64,000 nucleotides of DNA from Leucoraja erinacea (Eukaryota), in assembly GCF_028641065.1 (NCBI RefSeq), contig NC_073382.1:58280001-58344000 (forward strand), in the 5' to 3' direction. Under the pieces are notes generated by a model that did not search any database, was not told where the DNA came from, and saw only the letters and a list, made by a program, of their open reading frames with translations. Positions 52,671 to 64,000 of the stretch are shown here, in pieces (positions within the stretch are counted from its first letter, which is position 1; each line of letters opens with the position of its first letter). A program made the translations under genes and the position numbers.

Positions 52671-55042
52671 GTACCATCTACAAAATATCATGCAGTTATT
52701 CACTTTGGCTCCCCTGACTATTTCCAAGTAGCACACCATCCTGCCTTGGGAATATAATTGGTGGCACTTCACTGCCATTAAGTCTATATCCTGGAATGTC
52801 CAACTCAACAACGCAGTGGGATTACCTTCACCAGAAGGGTTGCAGCAAATTAAAAATAACAGCTCATTAACACCTTTTCAAGGGCAATCAGAGATGGCCA
52901 ATATTTGCTGGTGATGCCCAGATTCCAGAATACAATTTAAAAGAATAACAGTAGATGATTTTGTGCTGCAGCGGCTGATGAGGTATGAGGATAGAAATGC
53001 TTAAATCCTCAGCCATCTGTCTTCCCCAATACAGGCAACCACCAACCAAACCTGTCATTCCCATTTCATCACCCCTCTGCACCCTTGGATTCCTCACTCA
53101 TCTAACACCTCGAGCTTGCAGTCTACGGGCCCACACCTCTATGTGCATTTATTAAAAAATCACATGCTTTTGTTTAAATTTGTCCCTAAATGCCTTGAAA
53201 AATACTAATCCAGTAATCCTGATTTCCTTCAAACTTCTGCTCTTCCTGTGAGGCTCAACTGAAAATCAACTGCATTTAAAAAAAAAATCTTGCTCCAATT
53301 ATTATCCATTATCATTATGCCTCTTAATTCCAATTCCGTGTACTTCTGTGCTTATTAGTTCTTGTTACATTAACCAATTAAACATACATAATAATCAGAA
53401 TGCATGTAGTCTGACAAATCCATTGGAGGTCTCCAAACCACATTTCCTTCACTCCCTATAGTGCATTTTGTTGATATGAGATCATTACGATCTTGCCTCT
53501 AAGCCGCTGCAGCAGTATTGCATTACCCTGCCCCAAAAGCAGCAAAATCCATTAGAGGGAGAAGTCAGTGCCGGGAGTGAAGTCTCACCAGACATCTCAA
53601 AACACTCAGTGAAACCTCTAATTCTAAATCATTGAGCAGCTCATCAGTCCCATGGTGTACCATGTCTAACTTGACAAGAAAAACCGGCAGCTCAAGGACA
53701 CATGTGTCAATTTAAAGAATGATTAATAAGGAAGTTTAAAGTTTGAACTTTCATAAAAGTTATTAAGATCCAAATATCATTCCTGTATACCATTTTCCTA
53801 GGTGTATATATGTATTTTTAAAAGTGGTGTTGCTTTGATGACAGGATTGGGTTATCATTACTGCATCCTCAATTATCCCTGAATTTCAGTCAGACAAATT
53901 TCATTGAGCCTGATATTACAAAAATCAAAAAATAAAGCAGATACTCAGTAGGTCAGAGATCACCTGTGGAGGCAAATGCTTCGGTGACATTTCAGGTCAG
54001 GACCCCTCTTCGACCGATCCCGGGAAGATCCCAAACTGAAACATTTCCTGTTCATTTCTCTCTACTGCTGCTTGACCCACTGAGTTCTTTCAGCACTGTT
54101 TTTTCCTTAAGTTTCCAACTTCAGCAGTCTCTTCCATCATTCCAAAAACAAAAGCAGATTACGATCAGCAATTTTCTGAACCAGTTGGGCATTTACAGTT
54201 GCCATTACTGATATGGCCTTTCATTTTGTGTAATAATCATTTTAATTGCCTAGGTACAGTGGGATTCAAACTCACCTGCACTTCAAAAGACTAGGCCTTC
54301 ACATAACAGTTCTGGTAATTAAACCATAGGGCTACAATATCCCAAGATAAGAATATCATGTCATTTGACAGAAAGATTCAATGCAAAAGTTGAATTATGT
54401 TTTGTAACCATTTGTTTTAAGAAAATTGAAATCCATAATTTTTTATTTGCTGGTTGGGGGAGTTGGGCATTATGCACTCCAGCTCGAATGTTGACAAAAA
54501 AAACAAATTAAAATCCATCAGTACACCTATAAAATATCAAGATGCAAGACATCAAGAAGAAAAAATATCAATGAAAGCAGCGGAATTGCTCAAAAGGTCA
54601 CCACTGATGAATGACTAAACAGTTGCTATGATTTATTTGATGTTCTTAAATGTTACCATTATGAAGCCAATCATAAATTATGGAAGGTAGTCACAAAATG
54701 CTGGAGAAACTCAGCGGGTGAGGCAGCATCTATGGAGAGAAGGAATTGGCAATGTTTCGGGTCGAGACCCTTCTTCAGACTGATGTCAGGGGAGGGGGTA
54801 GGGCAATGAAAGAAATTGGGCAAAGACAGTGGGACTAGTGGATGGACTGGGAAGGGGGAGGGGAAGGAGAGAGAGAGCAAGGGCTACCTGAAGTTGGAGA
54901 AGTCAACGGTCATACTGCTCAGGTGTAAACTACCAAAGCAAAATATGAGGTGCTGTTCCTCTAATTTGCACTGGGCCTCACTGGCAATGGAGGATGCCCA
55001 GGACAGAAAGGGCAGATTAAGAATGGGAGGGGGAGTTGAAGT

Positions 55043-58000
55043 TCAAGGTAGGGTCCTACCGACTGCAAAGGGTGGTGAATGACGCAAAAAGGAGGTACAG
55101 GGACAAGATGGAGTCACTGATGGAGCAGAAGGACACCAGACGCCTGTGACAGGGGGCTACGGACTGTAACCAACTACCGGAGCAGCCCCCCCTCAACTGG
55201 AAGTGCCGGCACCTCCCATGCTGACATGTACTCTTTCTACGCTCGGTTCAAGATGGGCATCACCCAGGCTTGCAGGCCAACGGCAACACAGCCAGCGTGC
55301 TGGCTAACAAAGCTGGAGGGAGGTCCACCGCTGGGGATGTGCACACATTCTCGTTGTACGAGCACGACATGAGGAGGGCTCTGACACGTGTGAGCACGAG
55401 GAAAGCTGTAGGCCCAGATGGCATCTGGGGGCAAGTACTCAAGTCTTGTGCTACGCAGCTAGCTCCGGTGCTCACTACAATATTCAATCTCTCCCCTGGC
55501 CAAGTCCTTCGGCCCTGCCTGCTTCAAAAGATCAATCATTGTACCTGTACCAAAAAATCCCCAGCTTGTCCGAATGACTAGCGTCCGGTGGCCCTCACCT
55601 CGGAAGTCATGAAATCTTAGAGATGCTGGTCAAGAAACACATCTGCGCCTTCCTCCCTCGCAACATGGACCCGCTACAATTCGCATGTCCAAACAGATCC
55701 ACGGACGATGCGGTCTCCCAGGTTCTGCACACCGCTCTCTCTCATCTTGACAGCCAGAAGGGGGGCTATGTGAGGATACTGTTATAGATTTCTGTTCAGC
55801 CTTCAACACGATAGTCCCTACTAAACTTGCTGAGGAGCTGCTGGAATTGGGGCTCAACACCCCCCTGTGTGCCTGGTTCCTGGACTTTCTCACCGCCAGG
55901 CCCCAGGTAGTCAAGATGGGGGGGAAATACATCGAAGTCCCTCACCCTGAGCACAGGATCCCCCCACGGTTGCGTCCTCAGCCCCCTACAGTATTCGCTG
56001 TACACACATGACTGTGTGGCTAGGTTCAGCTCCAACTCTATAATCAAGTTTGCCGATGACACTGCGGTGGTGGGGTTGATCTCCGATAACAATGAGAAGG
56101 CCTACAGGGAGGAGGTGGCTGATCTGGCACTCTGGTGTCAGGATAACAGCCTCCTCTTGAATGTGAAAAAATTCTAAGGACCTGATCGTGGACTTTAGGA
56201 AGGCACAACATCTGAGGACGTACACACCATTGAAGATAAATGGGGATACTGTGGATAGGGTGAGCTGCTTTAAATACCTGGGAGTCCACAGCTCAGAGGA
56301 TATGTGAAAAGAAAGAGATTAGTTAAAACAAATGTAGGTCCCTTGCAGTCAGAAACAGGTGAGTTGATCATGGGGAACCAGGATATGGCGGACCAATTGA
56401 ATAACTACTTTGGTTCCGTCTTCACTAAGGAAGACATAAATGATCTGCCGGAAATAGCAGGGGCCTGCGGGTCAAAGGAGGTGGAGGAATTGAGTGAAAT
56501 CCAGGTTAGTCGGGAAGTGGTGTTGGGTAAATTGAATGGATTAAAGGCCGATAAATCCCCAGGGCCAGATAGGCTGCATCCCAGAGTACTTAAGGAAGTA
56601 GCTCCAGAAATAGTGGATGCATTAGTAATAATCTTTCAAAACTCTTTAGATTCTGGAGTAGTTCCAGAGGATTGGCGGGTAGCAAACGTAACCTCACTTT
56701 TTAAGAAGGGAGGGAGAGAGAATACGGGGAATTACAGACCAGTTAGCCTAACATCAGTAGTGGGGAAACTGCTAGAGTCAGTTATTAAAGATGGGATAGC
56801 AGCACATTTGGAAAGTGGTGAAATCATTGGACAAAGTCAGCATGGATTTACGAAAGGTAAATCATGTCTGACGAATCTTATAGAATTTTTCGAGGATGTA
56901 ACTAGTAGCGTGGATAGGGGAGAACCAGTGGATGTGGTGTATCTGGACTTTCAGAAGGCTTTCGACAAGGTCCCACATAAGAGATTAGTATACAAACTTA
57001 AAGCACATGGCATTGGGGGTTCAGTATTGATGTGGATAGAGAACTGGCTGGCAAACAGGAAGCAAAGAGTAGGAGTAAACGGGTCCTTTTCACAATGGCA
57101 GGCAGTGACTAGTGGGGTACCGCAAGGCTCAGTACTGGGACCCCAGCTATTTACAATATATATTAATGGTCTGGATGAGGGAATTGAAGGCAATATCTCC
57201 AAGTTTGCGGATGACACTAAGCTGGGGGGCAGTGTTAGGTGTGAGGAGGATGCTAGGAGACTGCAAGGTGACTTGGATAGGCTGGGTGAGTGGGCAAATG
57301 TTTGGCAGATGCAGTATAATGTGGATAAATGTGAGGTTATCCATTTTGGTGGCAAAAACGGGAAAGCAGATTATTATCTAAATGGTGGCCGATTGGGAAA
57401 GGGGGAGATGCAGCGAGACCTGGGTGTCATGGTACACCAGTCATTGAAGGTAGGCATGCAGGTGCAGCAGGCAGTAAAGAAAGCGAATGGTATGTTGGCT
57501 TTCATAGCAAGAGGATTTGAGTATAGGAGCAGGGAGGTTCTACTGCAGTTGTACAGGGTCTTGGTGAGACCACGCCTGGAGTATTGCGTGCAGTTTTGGT
57601 CTCCAAATCTGAGGAAGGACATTATTGCCATAGAGGGAGTGCAGAGAAGGTTCACCAGACTGATTCCTGAGATGTCAGGACTGTCTTATGAAGAAAGACT
57701 GGATAGACTTGGTTTATACTGTCTAGAATTTAGGAGATTGAGAGGGGATCTTATAGAAACTTACAAAATTCTTAAGGGGTTGGACAGGCTAGATGCAGGA
57801 AGATTGTTCCCGATGTTGGGGAAGTCCAGGACAAGGGGTCACAGCTTAAGGATAAGGGGGAAATCCTTTAAAACCGAGATGAGGAGAACTTTTTTTCACA
57901 CTGAGAGTGGTGAATCTCTGGAACTCTCTGCCACAGAGGGTAGTTGAGGCCAGTTCATTGGCTATATTTAAGAGGGAGTTAGATGTGGCCCTTGTGGCCA

Positions 58001-58765
58001 AGGGGATCAGAGGATATGGAGAGAAGGCAGGTACGGGTTACTGAGTTGGATGATCAGCCATGATCATATTAAATGGCGGTGCAGGCTCGAAGGGCCGAAT
58101 GGCCTACTCCTGCACCTAATTTCTATGTTTCTATGTTTCTATCTGACATGGACATCACCCGCTGCCACATTGGTGAGTAAGGCAAGGCAGCGCCTTTGCC
58201 ACCTCAGGCAATTGAGGAAATTCAGAGAGTCTCTGAGTATCCTCCAGTGCTTCTACTCAGCGGTCTGGAAACATCACAATTTGGTTTGGGAACTGCTCAT
58301 CCCAGGACAAGAAGGCTCTGCAGAGAGTAGTGCGTTCGACTGAACGCACTATGGGAACTACACTTGCCCCCCTGCAGGAACTCTATATCAGAAGGTGCAA
58401 ATCCAGAGCCAACAAGATCATGGGGGACCCCTTCCACCCCAGCAACAGACTGTTCCAGCTGCTACAGTCAGGCAAACGCCTCTGTTGCCATGCTGTGAAA
58501 ACAGAGAGGATGAGAAGGAGTTTCTTCCCAGAGGCCATTAGGACTGTAAACTCCTATCTCACCAGGGACTAACTTACTGGACCAATTTACCGTTGTGTGG
58601 TGTCTTTTTAAATTGCTGTTTTCCTTTTTTTTTCTCCCACAAATATGTAATTCTGATTCTGTTCCATTCTGATTTGTAGTTTTTTTTGCACAATCAGCAA
58701 GCATTGCTTCTTTTCATTTCACTGCACATCTCATATGCATATGTGACGAATAAAGTTGACTTGAC
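55043..58765 (+). mobile_element. Rex1/Babar LINE, 5'-truncated and decayed, split by CR1 insertion
   Basis: KAVGPDGI, QLAPVLTTIFNLS, DPLQFA, SAFNTI, GCVLSPL, KFADDT, SGKRL..RMRRSFFP; (TTGAC)n tail; TTGAAGT at both flanks. Confidence 0.88.
56300..58142 (+). mobile_element. Young CR1 LINE, 5'-truncated, with uninterrupted RT domain (ORF 56304-57947)
   Basis: KSPGPD, NYRPVSLTS, YLDFQKAFD, GVPQGSVLGP, KFADDTKL; one frameshift near 57890; (CTATGTTT)n tail. Confidence 0.95.
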
Positions 58766-60349
58766 TTGAAGTGCTGGGCCACTGGGAGATCAGCTTAGTT
58801 AAGATGGACTGAGCGGAGGTGTTCAGAAAAACATCGCCGAGCCTGCACTTGGTCTCGTGGATGTAGAGCACTTGACACCTGGAACAGCGGATGCAGTAGA
58901 TGAGGTTGGAGGAGGTGCAAGTGAACCTCTGCCTCACCTGGAATGACTGTTTGGGTCCTTGGATGGAGTCAAGGGGGGAGAAAGTGGCAGGTGTTGCATC
59001 TCCTGCGGTTGTAAGGGAAAATACCTGGGCAGGGAGTGGTTTGGGTTGGAAGGGATGAGTTGACCAGGGAGTTACGGAGGGAACGGTCTCTGCAGAAAGC
59101 AGTGGAGATGGGAAGATATGGCCAGTAGTGGGATCCCTTTGGATGAGGCAAAAATATTGGAGGATTATATGTTGTATGGGACGGCTGATGGGGTCGAAGG
59201 TGAAGACAAGGGGGACTCTGTCCTGGTTACGAGAGGGGGGAGGGAGAGTAAGAGCGGAGCGATGGGATATCAAGAAGACCCTAGTGAGAGCCTCATCTAT
59301 AATGGAAGAGGGGAACCCCCGTTCCCTAAAGAACGAGGATATCTCTAATGCCCTGGTGTGGAAAACCTTGTCCTGGGCAGATGCGGTGTAGACGGAGGTA
59401 TTGGGAGTAGGGGGATAGAGTCTTTACAGGAAGCAGGGTGGGAAGAAGTGTAGTCAAGATAGCTCTGGTAGTCAGTAGGTTTATAGTAGATGCCGGTCAA
59501 TAGTCTATTTCCTCTGATGGGGACGGTGAGCTCTAGAAACGGTAGGGAGATGTCGGAGATGGTCCAAGTGAATTTGAGTGAAGGATGGAAATTAGTGGAT
59601 GCAGTCAACAATGTAGCGGAGGTAGAGTTCGGGGATAGGGCCAGTGTACGCCTGGAACAGGAATTGTTCAACGTACCCTACAAAGAGGCAGGCATAGCTC
59701 AGGCCCATACGAGTGCCCATAGCTATGCCTTGGATCTAGAGGAAGTAGAAAGAGTCGAAGCAGTAGTTGTTGACGGTAAGGACCAGCTCTGCTGGGCGGA
59801 GGAGAGTATTGGTGGACAGAAATTGGCTGGTTCTGCAGTTGAGGAAGGAACGGAGGGCTTTAAGACCCTCCTGGTGGGGGATGGAGGTGTTGAGCGACTG
59901 GACATCCATAGTAAAGATGAGGGAGTGGGGGCCTGAAAAACGGAAGTAATTGAAGTTGCAACATGACTGCAACAAGAGCGTGTGAGGTGTATTGGATGTA
60001 GGGATTGGACCAGGGGGGAGATTATGGAGTCGAGGTAAGTGGAAATTAATTTGGTAGGCCATGAACAAGCAGAAACAGGTTCTGCCAGGACAGTTCTGTT
60101 TGGATTTTGGGAGAGAAAATAAAATCGAACCTTGCGGGGCTGGGAAACGATAAGGTTGGAGGCTTTAGAGGGCAGAGAGCCCCCTAATTAAGAACTAATT
60201 TAAGAACTAAGATTTTAATTAAGAACTTGAAATATAAAAATATTTGGCAGTTATTTCTTTTGAAGTAAATGATTACAAACATTGCAAACAAAAACAATTT
60301 TCTCTGTGCTCTTGCACTTATTTTCATTCTTCATCGAGTTTCTGCAGTT

Positions 60350-60560
60350 TAGACAATAGACAATAGGTGCAGGAGGAGGCCATTCGGCCCTTCGAGCCAG
60401 CATCGCCATTCAATGTGATCATGGCTGATCATCCCCAATCAGTACCCCGTTCCTGACTTTTCCCCATATCCCCTGACTCTGCTATTTTTAAGAGACCTAT
60501 CTAGCTCTCTCTTGAAAGCATCCAGAGAACCTGTCTCCACCGAGGCAGAGAATTCCACGG
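60350..60560 (-). mobile_element. CR1 3' end, (ATTGTCT)n subfamily
   Basis: Reverse complement of 14700-14887 / 24010-24220. Confidence 0.88.
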
Positions 60561-62959
60561 ACTGGTATTAAATCTGTAACATTCCAAAATAAACGTGATA
60601 TTCCAACATACGATCAAGAATAGTCTGTGGCAAACAACAATAATTGCCAATCCCTCAGGTCACAAAACATTGCAACGGTAGAATGCACAAGGTGGGTAAT
60701 TTTACATGGTTTCAATCCCATCACACAGCTGCCTTTATTGTTTTGTAGCCCTATCTGAGTCATGATCACATTTGCTCCCTGATATTTGTACTGTAGGTGT
60801 CTATTCATTCACATGAATTATGACATATCTAGCAAGAGAAACAAAGCGTTGCTTAACAAAACTGAAAACCTAACAAATAACTAAAAATCCTCAATGGCAC
60901 CGTAACACCTAAATGAAAGTTAAAAGGTTAGCATTCACGCTACATCATACCACTGACTAAAATTGTCATCCATGCTGCTTAAAATATCTAACCTTATCGC
61001 CCCCAGCCAAACCAGATGTGGTGGTAACATAAAAGCAACTGAACGCAGCTTTGAAGAAATTGCCTATAGAATCTCGCCATGTGGAGAGAATTACATTTAA
61101 TTTTACCTAAAAATCAGGTGGTGCTAAATTGCTCACATTTGAATTTCTTATGTAACATGTGCCCCCAGGGAAGTTATAGAGCTAAACATAAACTAACAAC
61201 ATCTGATTGTTTTCCATTACTGTTTTCCATTACCATTAAGTTCCAAAGGTATTCCCTTTGAATAGGTTGATGAGAATACCCCCGAAAAATATCTGAATTT
61301 AGCTATCCGCCCCCACCCAGAATTGCACACCTCTAATATTGCTGGTCTGTAAAGTTAAAACATATTTCCTACTTAATTAAATATGCTCCAGGACCTAGGT
61401 TTTGAAGTCTGTACACCATAGCAGGGTCCGATGCCTTTCAAACAGCAACAGTTAAGCTCTGGATGCACAGAAAACAAGATATTCTCTTCAACTGGACAGC
61501 CATTTTGAAGAAGGGATCCAACCCGAAATATCAACTATTCATGTTCTCGAGAGACGCTGCCTGACCCACTGAGTTACTCCTACAATGTGTGTCTTTTATA
61601 TTTTAATCTCTCGTTAATAACTACAGTAAATAATTCTGTGTAGGAAATCATCTCTTTGTACCCTACATGAAGCAAACATATATATTATTCAAAACAATCT
61701 AAATCAATAGGGAACAGCAAATTTAATCTGAAAAGCATGCTGATTCGGAGATGCATCTGACAGATTTGTTCAGGTGTCAGAAATCGCATTTGAAGCCCTC
61801 ACCAAATCACTCAAGGCTTTAACCTCTGCCACAATTTGACAAAATACTTTCGACACACTTACTTGCACATTTTATGCACGCTGCACCCCCAATAAAATAT
61901 ACATGCTCAATAAAATATTGTACCTTAATTTTTATTCTCAATCCCATTAAAATTTATGGATAGGGTTTACAATATATACAATTTAATTCAGCTTTCTTCG
62001 ATATGCTCATTCTTCGATGGCCACATAATTTTCTCTTTGGGTCCTCTCCAAGTTATGATCACCCAACCTACAAAAGAGTATGTGGGAAATTGTTGGGATG
62101 GATGGCGATGGATTTGCTGGCTGCTGACATCTTCTGCTCATTGGGAACAAGACATCGCCATGTGCCTTGTCTTCCCACCCGCCACATAGCCACAATTGGG
62201 GGCTGGGTTGAGCCGAGCAGACCTGGGATAGCTGAGCAAACCCCTCACTCATTGAGTCAGGGATGCTGGCTCGTGGCCACTGTTCCTGTGCTTGCTCACT
62301 CTCCAGTGATAGGCAGTTCTGTGATACTAGGACTTCCCAATAGCTTGGGCAATCACCGTTCCTCGGAATGGAACCCTGCTATAACCTTGAGGGAGGGAGA
62401 ATTCTATGGGTAAGACTGAATGTCAGTGGGATTTAAGTAATGGCACATCCTAGGAGGAGGCACAGCTAACTAACTCTTGAGAAGCATTCCAACTGCAAAC
62501 ATTTCAAAATCCCAGCTCCATGTCTGCACAACTAATTTTCAGCGTGGTGCACTCTACAGCAATCAGGAATAAGGAATTAGTTCACTATCCCCAGATGCAC
62601 GAAAGCCAATTGTAGAATGTCGTCGGTTGCTCCAAGATTAATTAGCTTTAATCAAAATCTGAAATTGAAAAATGTTTTGCTCTCAGCACCTCTGACAATT
62701 GCTCTTCCTTGATTACAGGTTGTAGTTTACCAGTGTGACTTTTAGCAAAAATCAAACAAAAGCAACGTGCACTTTTAAATTTCAGACATCTTAACTCGAG
62801 ATTTTGTAGCATATTGGAACGACTTTCATTGTTACCATATGGAGAAACATGGCTGCCAAATTGTATAGCACTGCCACATCAATAGATTGCAAGTCTATTT
62901 AATAATATACATTAACGAATGAACATGGAAAACTAATTTTCACACTACACAAGAAAGCA

Positions 62960-63730
62960 AGAGGCTGCAGATTGGTGAACACAGCCCTACCCATCACCAG
63001 CAGCTCTCCCCACCAGTCAACGTATCAACATGAGGCACTACCTCAGGACGCAACATTTATCATCAAAGTTCCCCACCATCTGGGCTATGCCCCCTTCTCC
63101 TGTAACCGTTGGGCAGAAGGGGGTCAGATACCAGCAGGTTCAAGAACAGCGACTTTCCTACAGGGACAGCACAGTGGTGCAGCTGGTAGAGCTGCTACTT
63201 ACAGCGCCAGAAGCCTTGGTTCAATCCTGACCTTCGGGTGCAGTCTGCATATTCCCTGGTGACTGTGTGAACTTCAGTTTTCTCACACGTCCCAAAGACG
63301 TGTGGGTTAATTGGCTTCTGTGAATTGCCCCTGGTGTGTAGGGAGTGGATGGGAAAGTAGGATAACATAGAACTAATACAAACAGGTGATTGGTGGTCGG
63401 CATGGACTTGAAGGGGTGAAGTGCCTGTTTTCATTCTTATGACTTAACTATCAGGTTCTTGAACTAACCTGCACAACCATATTCCGACATTGACAACAGT
63501 TCACTGAGAACTATGTCTCACGATTATAGACTTTTTTCCCCTAATTGAGTTTCGGACTAATATCCTTTTTTGTAGTTTTTCTCTTTTTACTTTCTTGCTG
63601 GATGTCTAATTCACAAATAATTTATGTCTGATTTGTGCATTGTCTGAGTGATGTTCAGACAACGCACAAAAACAAGATGTTCACTGTACATACGCCTTAT
63701 TGTAATTGTGTGTATCTGACAAAAACGACA
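62960..63730 (+). mobile_element. Old Rex1-type 3' fragment interrupted by HE1-like SINE (~63165-63440)
   Basis: IIK.PHH.G...RFKNS remnants; SINE head cagtggtgcagctggtagag...ggttcaatcc; 3' ttcactgtaca...tgacaaaaa. Confidence 0.6.
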
Positions 63731-64000
63731 TGAAATGTACTATGGGGTCTATTACATGTAACTGAAGGGTGGCGGCAGGGGGGGGGTCTAAAATTTAACA
63801 GGTTAAATGGGACAAATTTTGTATTGGCATCTGCTGTTAATTAGACGACTTTTCACCATTGGGTTTTTCAACATTCGGCATGACATGTTGATGAAAGTGG
63901 GAGGTGACAACATCACATCACAGAACAAACTAAACAAACTGGTCAATCTACTATATCCTTTAGCGAGGATTGTGAAATTTAAGTACAATGACCAAGGTGC

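Larger units (their letters stand above)
54686..60180 (-). mobile_element. Penelope-like element (RT + GIY-YIG, decayed), split by Rex1 insertion; own sequence 54686-55042 and 58766-60180
   Basis: FTMDVQSLNTSIP, LKFTW..SLPFL, FTCTSSNLIYCIRCSRCQVLYIHETKCRL; terminal repeat at 54686-54790. Confidence 0.88.

Noticed and set aside
62003-62413. 136-aa ORF
   Set aside because: No recognisable motif or splice context; antisense within an intron.

Overview
Eukaryotic (vertebrate) genomic DNA, most likely a cartilaginous fish (skate/ray type, inferred from HE1-like tRNA SINEs, CR1 LINEs and Penelope terminal repeats). The window lies inside one minus-strand gene, MAP4K4 (Ste20/GCK-IV kinase). I read 13 consecutive GT-AG exons (equivalent to mammalian exons ~4-16; 1644 nt, 548 aa, frame continuous) from 46615 down to 621. 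They cover most of the kinase domain, the coiled coil and the start of the linker. The first exons and the CNH domain lie outside the window. Introns are packed with TEs: CR1, Rex1/Babar, Penelope-like, L1-like, RTE-like, Tc1, Harbinger and hAT-like MITEs, and SINEs. There is a 153-N assembly gap. Most interesting: (1) three divergent copies of a CpG-rich, ORF-less, tRNA-less retroelement with a conserved variable-length hairpin and a Rex1-like 3' end; (2) hammerhead-ribozyme-like cores in Penelope terminal repeats, some inside palindromic mini-elements; (3) a Penelope>Rex1>CR1 triple nest; (4) UGCAUG (RBFOX) sites at the cassette-type linker exon. Family assignments are from motif recognition only; no searches or folding were run, and TE boundaries are approximate unless TSD/TIR are quoted.
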